Shown piece by piece: positions 1-9,974 of a stretch of DNA of 37,836 nt. Both the position numbers and the translations under genes were made by a program. How positions within the stretch are numbered: position 1 is the stretch's first letter; each line of letters begins with the position of its first letter. Under the pieces are notes generated by a model that had not been told where the DNA came from, did not search any database, and worked only from the letters and a program-made list of their open reading frames with translations. This DNA comes from Macrostomum lignano (lineage: Eukaryota). The DNA lies in assembly GCA_002269645.1 (NCBI GenBank), contig NIVC01004695.1, positions 1 to 37,836 on the forward strand, read 5' to 3'.

Positions 1-62
1 GTTAGGTTTTAATTAAGGATTAATGCCTGCACTGCCCAAGACAAAACAATAAAATGGCTCAC

Positions 63-155
63 AAGTTTTGCCATCCTTCTTCTCCTTTTTGGCTCCCAAG
101 TACTGCATGAGCACAGGGTCGCTCCACTCGTCCAAACAAGAGTGGGTCCGCTTTC
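63..155 (-). CDS. Candidate internal coding exon of an unidentified gene running off the left edge (KRTHSCLDEWSDPVLMQYLGAKKEKKDGKT)
   Basis: Minus strand has acceptor ...cacttgttAG before 155 and donor GTGAGC after 63. The 93-nt exon is open in phase 1 to 1. A phase-compatible mini first exon (ATG GCC GAA C|GTGATT) lies at 670-661. No protein family recognised. Confidence 0.35.
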
Positions 156-829
156 CTAACAAGTGAACGCAAATTTTTTCATATACGAATCAATCTCTGT
201 ATCAAATTCTCAACAGCATTAAAATACTTCAATCATGGCAAACTATTAAGAACTTACCAGACGAACTTGACAGCTAATTAACAGGTAGGACATTTTTAAT
301 TTATGACTTTAAAAGTTGACAGGTGAAGTATCTGAAACAATTAGATATTTTTATAACTGAAAACTTGCGAACAATAATAATTTATAATTTTATAAAGTCA
401 GACGAAAATTAGAATTAAAAGTAAAAAATAATGCCAAAATTAGTTTACTCTTAATTAATTATTACAATTATAAATAAACAAAACTGTCAATAAACCTTTT
501 CTAAACCAAGCTAGTAGAATATATTGATTTATTAGTAGAGCACAACAAAGCTACCAGTATTAATCAACGAATCATTTCATGAAATTCTTGCAACAGCAAC
601 AAAATAATGACATTAGAAAATGGGATATCCGGGATGTTTTCAATGCAAACACGAAATCACGTTCGGCCATGATGGCCATCCCCGAAGACACTTGGGATTG
701 CTCGGGAGTCAGGAGATAGGCAGAATGATCCCAGCGCTGGTTGTGACATTGTATGCCGGGGTTCGTGATGATGGTTTAGAATTCGATTATTGGAAGTGAA
801 AAAATCAAAAGTTTGAAAATCAAGTCGAA

Positions 830-1183
830 TCAAGCGCCTCGCTCAGGTCCGGAGCCCACGGCTTTCAGATCCGATGGTCCCCTGGTAGCGAATCCTCCCA
901 GCTGCCATCGTAGACAGCCGCATGGAGTTGCCAAGCACGTGAGCAGCCAGAGCCACGTGACAGGCCGTGATACCGAGCCGCAGGTGGTCACCAATGGCCG
1001 GCTGGGGTCCAACCCGCTGGCTAAGAATTTCTTTCTAAGCTGATCCTCGGTGAGCATCCGGCCGCTCTCGAGTCGTACAGGCTGCGGAAGAACAGGTTGG
1101 CTGCGCCTAGCGGGTGGCCAGCGGGGAGGCCGGCTCGGGCTCCGGCTCCTCTCGCGGAATCGCTGGGAGCGGGCGTCCGCCAC
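830..1183 (-). CDS. MPST: MPST/rhodanese-type sulfurtransferase, exon 2 (C-terminal catalytic rhodanese domain), frameshifted as assembled
   Basis: Acceptor ccgCAG at 1184-1186. Allowing six 1-nt deletions the exon reads VADARSQRFR-EEPEPE-GLPAGHPLGAANLFFRSLYD-ESGRMLTEDQLRKKFLASGLDPSRPLVTTCGS(G)ITACHVALAAHVLGNS-AAVYDGSWE-FATRG, stop TGA at 830-832. The CGSG(I/V)T loop is the MPST-type active site (TST has CRKGVT). Confidence 0.85.
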   Translation of the reverse strand: MADARSQRFRERSRSPSRPPRWPPARRSQPVLPQPVRLESGRMLTEDQLRKKFLASGLDPSRPLVTTCGSVSRPVTWLWLLTCLATPCGCLRWQLGGFATRGPSDLKAVGSGPERGA

Positions 1184-1289
1184 CTGCGGAGTGGTGGGAC
1201 GGGTGGGAGATAAGGCTGCTGTGTCCGGCCTTGCTGGCTCTGGGTTTATCAATTTTTTCTCTTGTACATCTACTGACGGCCTACCCACT

Positions 1290-3412
1290 GTAGCTCGTGT
1301 CTATCTACCCCTTCTATCGTGTGTCTATCTACCTCTCTATCCCGTGCCTATCTACCCCTTCTATCGTGTGTCTATCTACCATCACTATCGTGTCTATCTA
1401 CCATCTCTATCCCGTGTATATCTACTCCTTCTATCGTGTGTTTATCTACCAACTCTATCCGTGTCTATCTACCATCTCTATCCCGTGTATATCTACTCCT
1501 TCTATCGTGTGTCTATCTACCATCTCTATCCCGTGTCTATCTACCCCTTCTATCGTGTGTCTATCTACCATCTCTATCCCGTGTCTATCTACCCCTTCTA
1601 TCGTGTGTCTATCTACATCTCTATCCGTGTCTATCTACCCCTTCTATCGTGTGTCTATCTACCATCTCTATCCCGTGTCTATCTACCATCTCTATCCCGT
1701 GTCTATCTACCCCTTCTATCGTGTGTCCATCTACCATCTCTACTCTATCTACCATCCTATCCCGTGTCTATCTACCATCTCTATCCGTGTTATCTACTCT
1801 TCTATCGTGTGTCTATCTACCATCTCTATCCCGTGTCTATCTACCATCTCTATCCGTGTCTATCTACCCCTTCTATCGTGTGTCTATCTACCATCTCTAT
1901 CCGTGTCTATCTACCATCTCTATCCCGTGTCTATCTACCCTTCTATCGTGTGTCCATCTACCATCTCTACTCTATCTACCATCCCTATCCGGTGTCTATC
2001 TACCATCTCTATCCCGTGTATATCTACTCCTTCTATCGTGTGTCTATCTACCATCTCTATCCCGTGTCTATCTACCCTTCTATCGTGTGTCTATCTACCA
2101 TCTCTATCCCGTGTCTATCTACCCTTCTATCGTGTGTCTATCTACCATCTCTATCCGTGTCTATCTACCCCTTCTATCGTGTGTCTATCTACCATCTCTA
2201 TCCCGTGTCTATCTACTCCTTCTATCGTGTGTCTATCTACCATCTCTATCCCGTGTCTATCTACCATCTCTATCCCGTGTCTATCTACCCTTCTATCGTG
2301 TGTCCATCTACCATCTCTACTCTATCTACCATCCCTATCCCGTGTCTATCTACCATCTCTATCCCGTGTATATCTACTCCTTCTATCGTGTGTCTATCTA
2401 CCATCTCTATCCCGTGTCTATCTACCATCTCTATCCCGTGTCTATCTACCCCTTCTATCGTGTGTCCATCTACCATCTCTACTCTATCTACCATCCCTAT
2501 CCCGTGTCTATCTACCATCTCTATCCCGTGTATATCTACTCCTTCTATCGTGTGTCTATCTACCATCTCTATCCCGTGTCTATCTACCATCTCTATCCCG
2601 TGTCTATCTACCCCTTCTATCGTGTGTCTATCTACCATCTCTATTCCGTGTCTATCTACCCCTTCTATCGTGTGTCTATCTACCATCCCTATCCCGTGTC
2701 TATCTACCATCTCTATCCCGTGTCTATCTACCCCTTCTATCGTGTGTCTATCTACCATCTCTATCCGTGTCTATCTACCATCTCTATCCCGTGTCTATCT
2801 ACCCCTTCTATCGTGTGTCTATCTACCATCTCTATTCCGTGTCTATCTACCCTTCTATCGTGTGTCTATCTACCATCCCTATCCCGTGTCTATCTACCAT
2901 CTCTATCCCGTGTATATCTACTCCTTCTATCGTGTGTCTATCTACCATCTCTATCCCGTGTCTATCTACCATCTCTATCCCGTGTCTATCTACCCTTCTA
3001 TCGTGTGTCTATCTACCATCTCTATTCCGTGTCTATCTACCCTTCTATCGTGTGTCCATCTACCATCTCTACTCTATCTACCATCCCTATCCGTGTCTAT
3101 CTACCATCTCTATCCCGTGTATATCTACTCCTTCTATCGTGTGTCTATCTACCATCTCTATCCCGTGTCTATCTACCCCTTCTATCGTGTGTCTATCTGC
3201 CATCTCTATCCCGTGTCTATCTACCCCTTCTATCGTGTGTCTGTCTACCATCTCTACTCTATCTACCATCCCTATCCCGTGTCTATCTACCATCTCTATC
3301 CCGTGTCTATCTACTCCTTTTATCGTGTGTCTATCTACTACTCTCTATCCCGTGCCTATCAACCATCTCTAGTCTATCTATCATCTCTATCCCGTGTCTA
3401 TCTACCATCTAA
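1290..3412. repeat. ~2.1-kb intronic minisatellite of 24-bp monomers (CTATCTACCATCTCTATCCCGTGT / CTATCTACCCCTTCTATCGTGTGT) with an 18-bp variant
   Basis: Read directly. It fills most of the 2377-bp MPST intron (1184-3560) and explains the long repetitive ORFs. Confidence 0.95.
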
Positions 3413-3560
3413 CCATTTTATCTCCTATCTAGCCTGCATATATCTAGCTAATCTAATACCAAATCTAATCTTTTGAGTCACACAGTTCGACTGTAGCATA
3501 TCTATCAGCACCGTGTACATCTCCCGTACCAATTTACGCCATGCACCTTATTTTCCTCAC

Positions 3561-4089
3561 CTGCACAGACGCAGACTGCAACGCCTTGCAAAACTCTTCA
3601 AAAGACCGATACAGAGCACTTTTCTTATCTTCGCTAGCTTGAAATTCAACCGACTGATAAACGGTTTTTAATGGGCCGCTGGTCACTCGCCGACCCTCGG
3701 CAACCCAGGCAGCCAGGCCTCCATCTAACACGCTGACAGCCTCGTGGCCAAACATGCGAAACATCCACCAGACCCTTGGCGCAAACATGCAATTATCGTA
3801 GACAATAACATGGCTATCATTGCCGATACCAGGCGTTTGCCAACGTACTCGGCAAACTGAGCAGAGCTGGGCAAAGTGTTTGAGAAGCCAGTTTCTCTGG
3901 CGCTGCATTCTGGCACGCTGAAATGTCTGGCACCGGGAATTCTTGGCGCCGCGGCGAATGAGGTTTCCACTGGGCCGGGTAGCCGCCGGCATCAAGTATT
4001 CGAATTTTGTTATTAGCGGCATTGGATAGTCTGCTGGCCAGCCATGAACTGCTGACCAGAGCTGGGGTGACCGCCTGTCTGGCTGCCAT
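3561..4089 (-). CDS. MPST: MPST/rhodanese-type sulfurtransferase, exon 1 (N-terminal rhodanese domain), two frameshifts as assembled
   Basis: ATG at 4089. Motifs ALVSSSWL..KIRILDA, RIPGARHF..TLPSSAQFAEYVGK and GIGNDSHVIVYD..APRVWWMFRMFGHEAVSVLDGGLAAW fall in three successive frames (shifts near 3972 and 3831). Donor CAG|GTGAGG at 3560 is phase 0 and joins SVQ to VADARS of exon 2. Confidence 0.85.
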
Positions 4090-4816
4090 GCAGTTATTAA
4101 CAGACTTTACTACTGAAGGTGATATATAATGAAGATAATTTTTTGCAAATATTTATTCAATAAAACATTAAACTATCACTGAGATATCTAGACTTATGGG
4201 GAATTGCTGAGATGGTAAGGATCATTTGGAAGTTGTTGGTAGGCAAAGCCAAAGTTAGATCACAGGACAGTTGGGGTTAAGGCATGAGTTAATGCATGCC
4301 TCACAAGTAGGGCACTGATTGCTGGTAGTAACAAGTAAAATTTAAATGCAGGTTATGAAACCCAATAATCCTATTAGATTCTTATAGTCAGTTTTGAATT
4401 TTAAGTTTATTATAAAACAATATAAATTAAAAACAAATTTGTTTTAAAATGGTAGTGTTAATAAGTAAGAGAGTTGATCCTTTGGAAAAAATTGCCTTGC
4501 TAATGATAATGACTATTATAGCAACAATAATATTATAGATACATATTTATGAAAATAGCTAACTAAAAGGAATTTGACCCTCTATAATTATGAAGATATT
4601 GTGATAAAAAGCCATAGTTTTGCCTATAGTTGTCTAAAGGAGCCCACTAGATATTGCCAATGGAAATTAAATTTATAGGCCTACTAAGTACTATTAAGAA
4701 AGTAGACAAATAAAGATTTAAATTGTTAGATTTCTTATATAACCAAAAATATTATCATTAAAAAAGGCAAGATAAAAGTTACATCTTTTTCACATAAATT
4801 TAGGGAATACACTGAA

Positions 4817-5348
4817 CCCATTGGAAAAGTTATGCACCTATATAGGCATAAAAGGTGAGCGAGATGCACAAAAAAGGCATATTAGTGGCCTATTTTATGC
4901 GTGTTGTGGAAATGTACCTGAGTGCACCTTTTATGCCTAAATTTCACCAATATTTTTGAAAAGAGGCATGAAAGGTGTACAATTGATGAAGTGGTTAGGC
5001 ATTAGGGGAATTCTCAATTTTGATTGGTTGAGGCAATAGGGGTAGTAAAGGTGTATAAGGGGCACTCGAGGTGCATAAAACATGAACAGTAGGCTCACAA
5101 GTGAGGCAAAGCAGGTGCATGGGAGGTGCAGTAGGGGCACAGAAAATGTATAAAAGATGAATTTGAAAGGTGGGTATATATATTTCTAATTAAACTATTT
5201 TTTTCAAAAAAGAATTAAGTCATAGCATAAATAGGTGCATACATATGCATTTCCAAAACACACACAAAATAGGCCAGTAAATATAAGTGCCTCTTGTGCA
5301 CCTTGCTCACCTTTTATGCCTATGCAGTTGCATAACTTTTTCAATGGG
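4817..5348. mobile_element. Old degenerate MITE-like element with ~130-bp imperfect inverted repeats (CCCATT...AATGGG termini)
   Basis: Left arm CCCATTGGAAAAGTTATGCACCTATATAGGCATAAAAGGTGAGC matches the reverse complement of the right arm ending GCTCACCTTTTATGCCTATGCAGTTGCATAACTTTTTCAATGGG, with many mismatches. No clean TSD. Confidence 0.55.
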
Positions 5349-6768
5349 AATTAGTAATAAAAATTGACTGAGAGTTACATACTCCTATATTGCAAGCATA
5401 GATTGAACATAAAAACCTATACAAATTGCTGCTATCCCTTTCCTGATTCTCTAATCTTGAGAATGCCTAGGACTAAAAAGATGATATGCAATACATATAC
5501 CAGTAGAATATATACCTAGACAGATTCACAGATACTTAGATAATCAGACTTAGATATATACAAGAACAGTTCACAGACCAATTCTAAGAAAGTAGAGAAT
5601 TAGATCTAGAACAGTTGGTGGTAGCTTTTAGGATATTTATAAACACAAAAGCAAAACCACTATTACAACTTGGTATTATAATTAGGCCTAGACTATTCTT
5701 TAAGTTTAAAGACAGGGGAACAGCACTATTACAACTTTGGTAGCATCAGTGCTCAGTGGGATTATTCTAGAAGGCAGAAGTAACCCAATATCATTATATA
5801 TTGCATATGAAGCCAAGGCCTATACTTTATTTATAAATAAAATTTATATAAATAAATGTATAAATATATAGACCTAATGTATAATGCAAGGTGAAATTAG
5901 CTACTATTCATATTTTAGTTAGCCTAGGCATGTTGAAACAAGCCAACTTCAATAAGTAAAAAAATCTGTATGTGTGCTAGTAGCTAATATGGGCATTATG
6001 GGGCTCTGCCTTTATACCCCCAAAAAGGGCCCCTTTGACCCCGCTCTCTTCTAACTTTGCCATAGACAATTCCAGTAGGCCATGAAACCTACTGAATACA
6101 TAGGAATAAATGGGATTTTACCATAGACAGTCTCAGTGGGTCTGCTAACTATAACACTAATATGGATAGGCTGCATCAGGCAGAAACAAGCTGATACTCC
6201 TTGGCGACATCGGCGTTAGCCATTATAGCTCATTTCTGCCCTCTGTGGCCCATCAATATTGGTATATTGTGAATTATTTAACACAGTAACCTAGAACTAG
6301 AAGATTGCCTAAGTAATAGTAACAAGTCTTAGATATTTGGCAATTTAATTAGGCCTAATTAGTTAGGCCTATTTTTTTGCATTTAAAAGTTTAATTCAAT
6401 TATAAGAATTTGATATTTTATCAGTTTGGCACTTGGCACCCTTGGTGCATCTTTCTTTGTTTTAGTGTGGCATTTGCTGGTTTCCTAGTTTCGTTCTTTT
6501 AGTAAACTTAGTCCTATCCTAGCCTCTTAAAGAGTCGAGACTATTGTTGGTTTCATATCAAGTTAGAATTTATGTCCAGATAGTATCCTCAATTGTGGAT
6601 AAACAAAATATTATTATTTAAAAACATGAACAAGCCCTATTCTTAGCCTAACCTAATCATCAGACAGAATAACTCTCATGCCTGCCTAGTGATTCATTTT
6701 CTTTTTCAGTTTTTATCTAAGAAAGTCTAATCGCGGAAATAAAAATTCTTAGAAACGCTTGATTCCAA

Positions 6769-7497
6769 GGGTGCGTTCGAGTGACTTAAAATGACTTAAA
6801 CTGTTATTTTAACGTCCTTAGTAAAACAAATGTTAAGCAGACTAAATGTAAAAATAATCTAGGTAAATGATAGTCAAATTACAATTAAGAATTAATTCAA
6901 TTTCTAAAACCGGTCTAAGATTAAAAAAACGTCGCCTATACTTCTTCCAACTCAACCTGAACGCCTAGGCACCGTTTTAACTTCGCTCGCAATTACCACA
7001 TTTAATCGTAATTGAATATTTTGTATTCTTCACCTTTGTTCTATCATTTGCTTTCACGTCATATTTCACGTCACGTCACGTCAGGACAGCAATATACAAT
7101 CTATAGACAATATGATTTGGTATACTTCGTATATAAGTTGACTGTGATATTAGTACTAAGCAATTATTCAAAGACTATAATGACGGGCAGCGAACTGAGC
7201 AAAAAGACGTGAAAGCAAATGATAGAACAAAGGTGAAGAATACAAAATATTCAATTACGATTAAATGTGGTAATTGCGAGCGAAGTTAAAACGGTGCCTA
7301 GGCGTTCAGGTTGAGTTGGAAGAAGTATAGGCGACGTTTTTTTAATCTTAGACCGGTTTTAGAAATTGAATTAATTCTTAATTGTAATTTGACTATCATT
7401 TACCTAGATTATTTTTACATTTAGTCTGCTTAACATTTGTTTTACTAAGGACGTTAAAATGGCAGTTTAAGTCATTTTAAGTCACTCGAACGCACCC
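6769..7497. mobile_element. 729-bp non-autonomous foldback/MITE with 292-bp TIRs and 3-bp TSD CAA (PIF/Harbinger-like)
   Basis: 6769-7060 is the reverse complement of 7206-7497 with only 2 mismatches seen. Spacer is 145 bp, termini are GGGTGCG...CGCACCC, and CAA lies at both 6766-6768 and 7498-7500. Confidence 0.9.
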
Positions 7498-7584
7498 CAA
7501 GTTTAAAATATACGTATATTGGAACACTAATACACACGTTAAATGAATTTCCTATTCCAGAGAATTTTTTCCCATATGCTAAAA

Positions 7585-7710
7585 ATGAGTTGTCTGTATG
7601 TGTGAGATAGATTTAGGAAAAAACGGCTTAACCGATTTTGTTAAAACTTGCACAATTCGATCAGAAGTTTTCCCGTGACGTACAAGCACCGGGGCTAATA
7701 AATTGCTAAA
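7585..7710 (+). mobile_element. Possible Helitron/Helentron-associated (HINE/DINE-like) non-autonomous fragment
   Basis: GTCTGTATGTGTG followed by AAAACGGCTTAACCGATTTTGTTAAAACTTGCAC resembles, from memory, the conserved core of HINE/Lep1-type elements. Termini not resolved. Confidence 0.25.
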
Positions 7711-8170
7711 TGTAAAATGGATTAAACATTAGAAAAAACATGCTTTTTGCTGAAGTCAAGCAGCTCTTTCGACTTACATGCATTGTAAGAATGCTAGAGA
7801 AAAAATGACTGGTTAAATTCTGATTCTGAAATAGATTGCATCACAATAGGCTTTTATCTATTCAGTCTGTGTACTGGCTGAATTTTTACACTGAATTAAA
7901 TTGCGTCACAGTAGTGAAAACGCAGCGTAAAAGCATACCTAAAGACCTGATTTATATAGCGGAACGATATTGTTAACTAACTGAGACTGATATTGACTGG
8001 CTGCGAAACTGATTATGTCCCATAACTGACTTGGTGTAAGTGTTAAATTATAAAGTGCTACACATTCATTTATAAATTCGATGAGAGCTAGCCTAGATGC
8101 GAACAGACTAGACTGCTATAATGCAGCGATCTGGGTTCGAATCTTAATTCGAACTAATTAAAAAGACCAG

Positions 8171-8374
8171 AATTATTGCACTTGATAAGCCGAGGATTAT
8201 TGCACTTGATAAACGGAGGATTATTGCACTTGATAAGCCAAGGATTATTGCACTTGATAAGCCATGCAAGGATTATTGCACTTGATAAGCCATGCAAGGA
8301 TTATTGCACTTGATAAGCCATGCAAGGATTATTGCACTTGATAAGCCATGCAAGGATTATTGCACTAGCTCAGA
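8171..8374. repeat. Tandem array of 24/28-bp units GGATTATTGCACTTGATAAGCC(ATGC)AA, ~7.5 copies
   Basis: Read directly. It continues in degenerate form at 8731-8990 beyond an inserted element. Confidence 0.9.
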
Positions 8375-8722
8375 CAGGGGCGTCGCCAACGAACATGTTC
8401 CCACTTGTAAAAAAGATCTGGGAGGGCATGCCAATGCTTTGTCCCCCCACCCCATATACCTTATGACCCGTTATGGAAATTAATAATTTTGCTGCAGGGC
8501 GACAAAACATAGCGCCGGTGGCGCTAAAATAAGTGCCCGGGCGCCAAAATGAGTGGGCCTGCGGCGCCAAAATGAGTGCTTGCGGCGGCGCTAAAATGAG
8601 CGCTGACAGCACCGATTCTGAAAATAATGTACATGTAGGAATTTAGCTATGTACGAGCGTACATGTACATGTATAATTGTTGGCTTTGTCCCGCCACCAT
8701 AAAATCCATGGCGATGCGCCTG
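8375..8722. mobile_element. 348-bp hAT-type non-autonomous element with 14-bp imperfect TIRs and 8-bp TSD
   Basis: Left TIR CAGGGGCGTCGCCA (8375) and right TIR TGGCGATGCGCCTG (8709-8722) match at 12/14. The perfect TSD AGCTCAGA lies at 8367-8374 and 8723-8730. Internal GCGC(C/T)AAAAT(G/A)AG motifs repeat at ~8520-8600. Confidence 0.85.
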
Positions 8723-8730
8723 AGCTCAGA

Positions 8731-8990
8731 TGAGGATTATATTAATATGTTAGCTGAAAAAAGGAATTATTAATATTGCGCTAGCTGAGACTTTGATGTA
8801 TTGCACAGCCTGAGAAAGCGTAGCTTAGAGAGGGATTATTGCACTAGCTGAGACCGATTTTTGCACTTGATGAGTTAAGGATTATTGCATTCGATAAGAA
8901 AATAATTATTGCACTACTAGCTGAGAAGAGGATTATTGTACAACCTGAGAAAGCGATTTGCATTAGCGGAGGAAATATTTGCACTAGCTA
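8731..8990. repeat. Degenerate continuation of the GGATTATTGCAC(TAGCTGAG) array
   Basis: Recurrent GGATTATTGCAC/ATTGCACTAGCTGAG motifs at irregular spacing. Confidence 0.7.
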
Positions 8991-9149
8991 CTTGCTGTGT
9001 GGTGTATGCTTTCTATTAAATCTGGGGGGGGGGTGCTTAATATTGTATTTGGAGTCGGGGGTGCTTTCTCTCGAGGGGGGGTGGGGGTATTTGTTATTTG
9101 ACAGAGAGGGGTACTAGCTGCATGTGTCTATATGTATGAGATTCTTTCT

Positions 9150-9320
9150 GTCCAGGGATGCTTGCCATCTGCAGGATTCTTGCTATCTGGTGGATGCTTG
9201 CTATCTGGGGGGATGCTTACTACCTGGGGGGATGCTTGCTATCTGCGGTTGCTTACTCTTGGAGGGTGGGGTGCTTGCTGTCTGGGGATGCTTGCTGTCT
9301 TGGGGATGTTTTCTATTTAC
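9150..9320. repeat. Degenerate 17-19-bp tandem array (GGGGATGCTTGCTATCT)
   Basis: About 9 imperfect units visible. Confidence 0.75.
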
Positions 9321-9974
9321 GGGGAAGTCTGCTATCTTTATGAAAGCTAATTTATTTTGTTGCTTTTTGGCTAAATAAAAAAGAGATTCATAGCAAAAAT
9401 CTTTGTCCGTGACAATTTTTAATTGAATAAGGTGATTTTTAAAACTGAAGAAGGAATTGGTTCTTAAGAAAATGTGCCTTTTAATTTTTTTCATGAATAA
9501 TTTTTGCTCCTTACTTTTTGGGCGCTCCGAAGGGGGACACTAGATTGCTAGTGCAAAACTGAAAGCGCAAATTTCTGTTAAAATCGAGCATTCCGTAATA
9601 AGGTCATGCCAGCTGACCAACCCCAGACCTCTGAAGGCTTCCGTGAATTAATTGCTGCAGACAATCACCGCAAAAGAACAAAGGGCCACGGACAGTGCCT
9701 ATATCATGTAAAAGGGCAGCTGCCGCCCCTCTGTGGCTCTACCCCCCCTCGTTTTGCTATGCATAGACAGGGGCGCCCACCAAGAGGCAGGGATGGGACA
9801 CCAAATATTCCCCCCCCTCGGCGGTCCTCGGCGGTTCGCGGTCCTACCCAACAATTAAATGTGGTCAGTGGTCACACTCCAAAGACTTATACGATTATAG
9901 CACACGTTTGGTATCAAGAGAGGTGTTTGGTATTGCTGGATATATATATACCTCTCTTGATGCATATGTATCGG

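Noticed and set aside
1050-3476. Long ORFs of 808, 691 and 697 aa (+) and MVDRHGIE-repeat ORFs (-)
   Set aside because: Translations of the 24-bp satellite inside an intron with clear GT-AG borders.
9768-9782. CAGGGGCGCCC (also CAGTGGC at ~21181 and CTGTGGCGGA at ~34893) as hAT-like termini
   Set aside because: No matching opposite TIR or TSD found.
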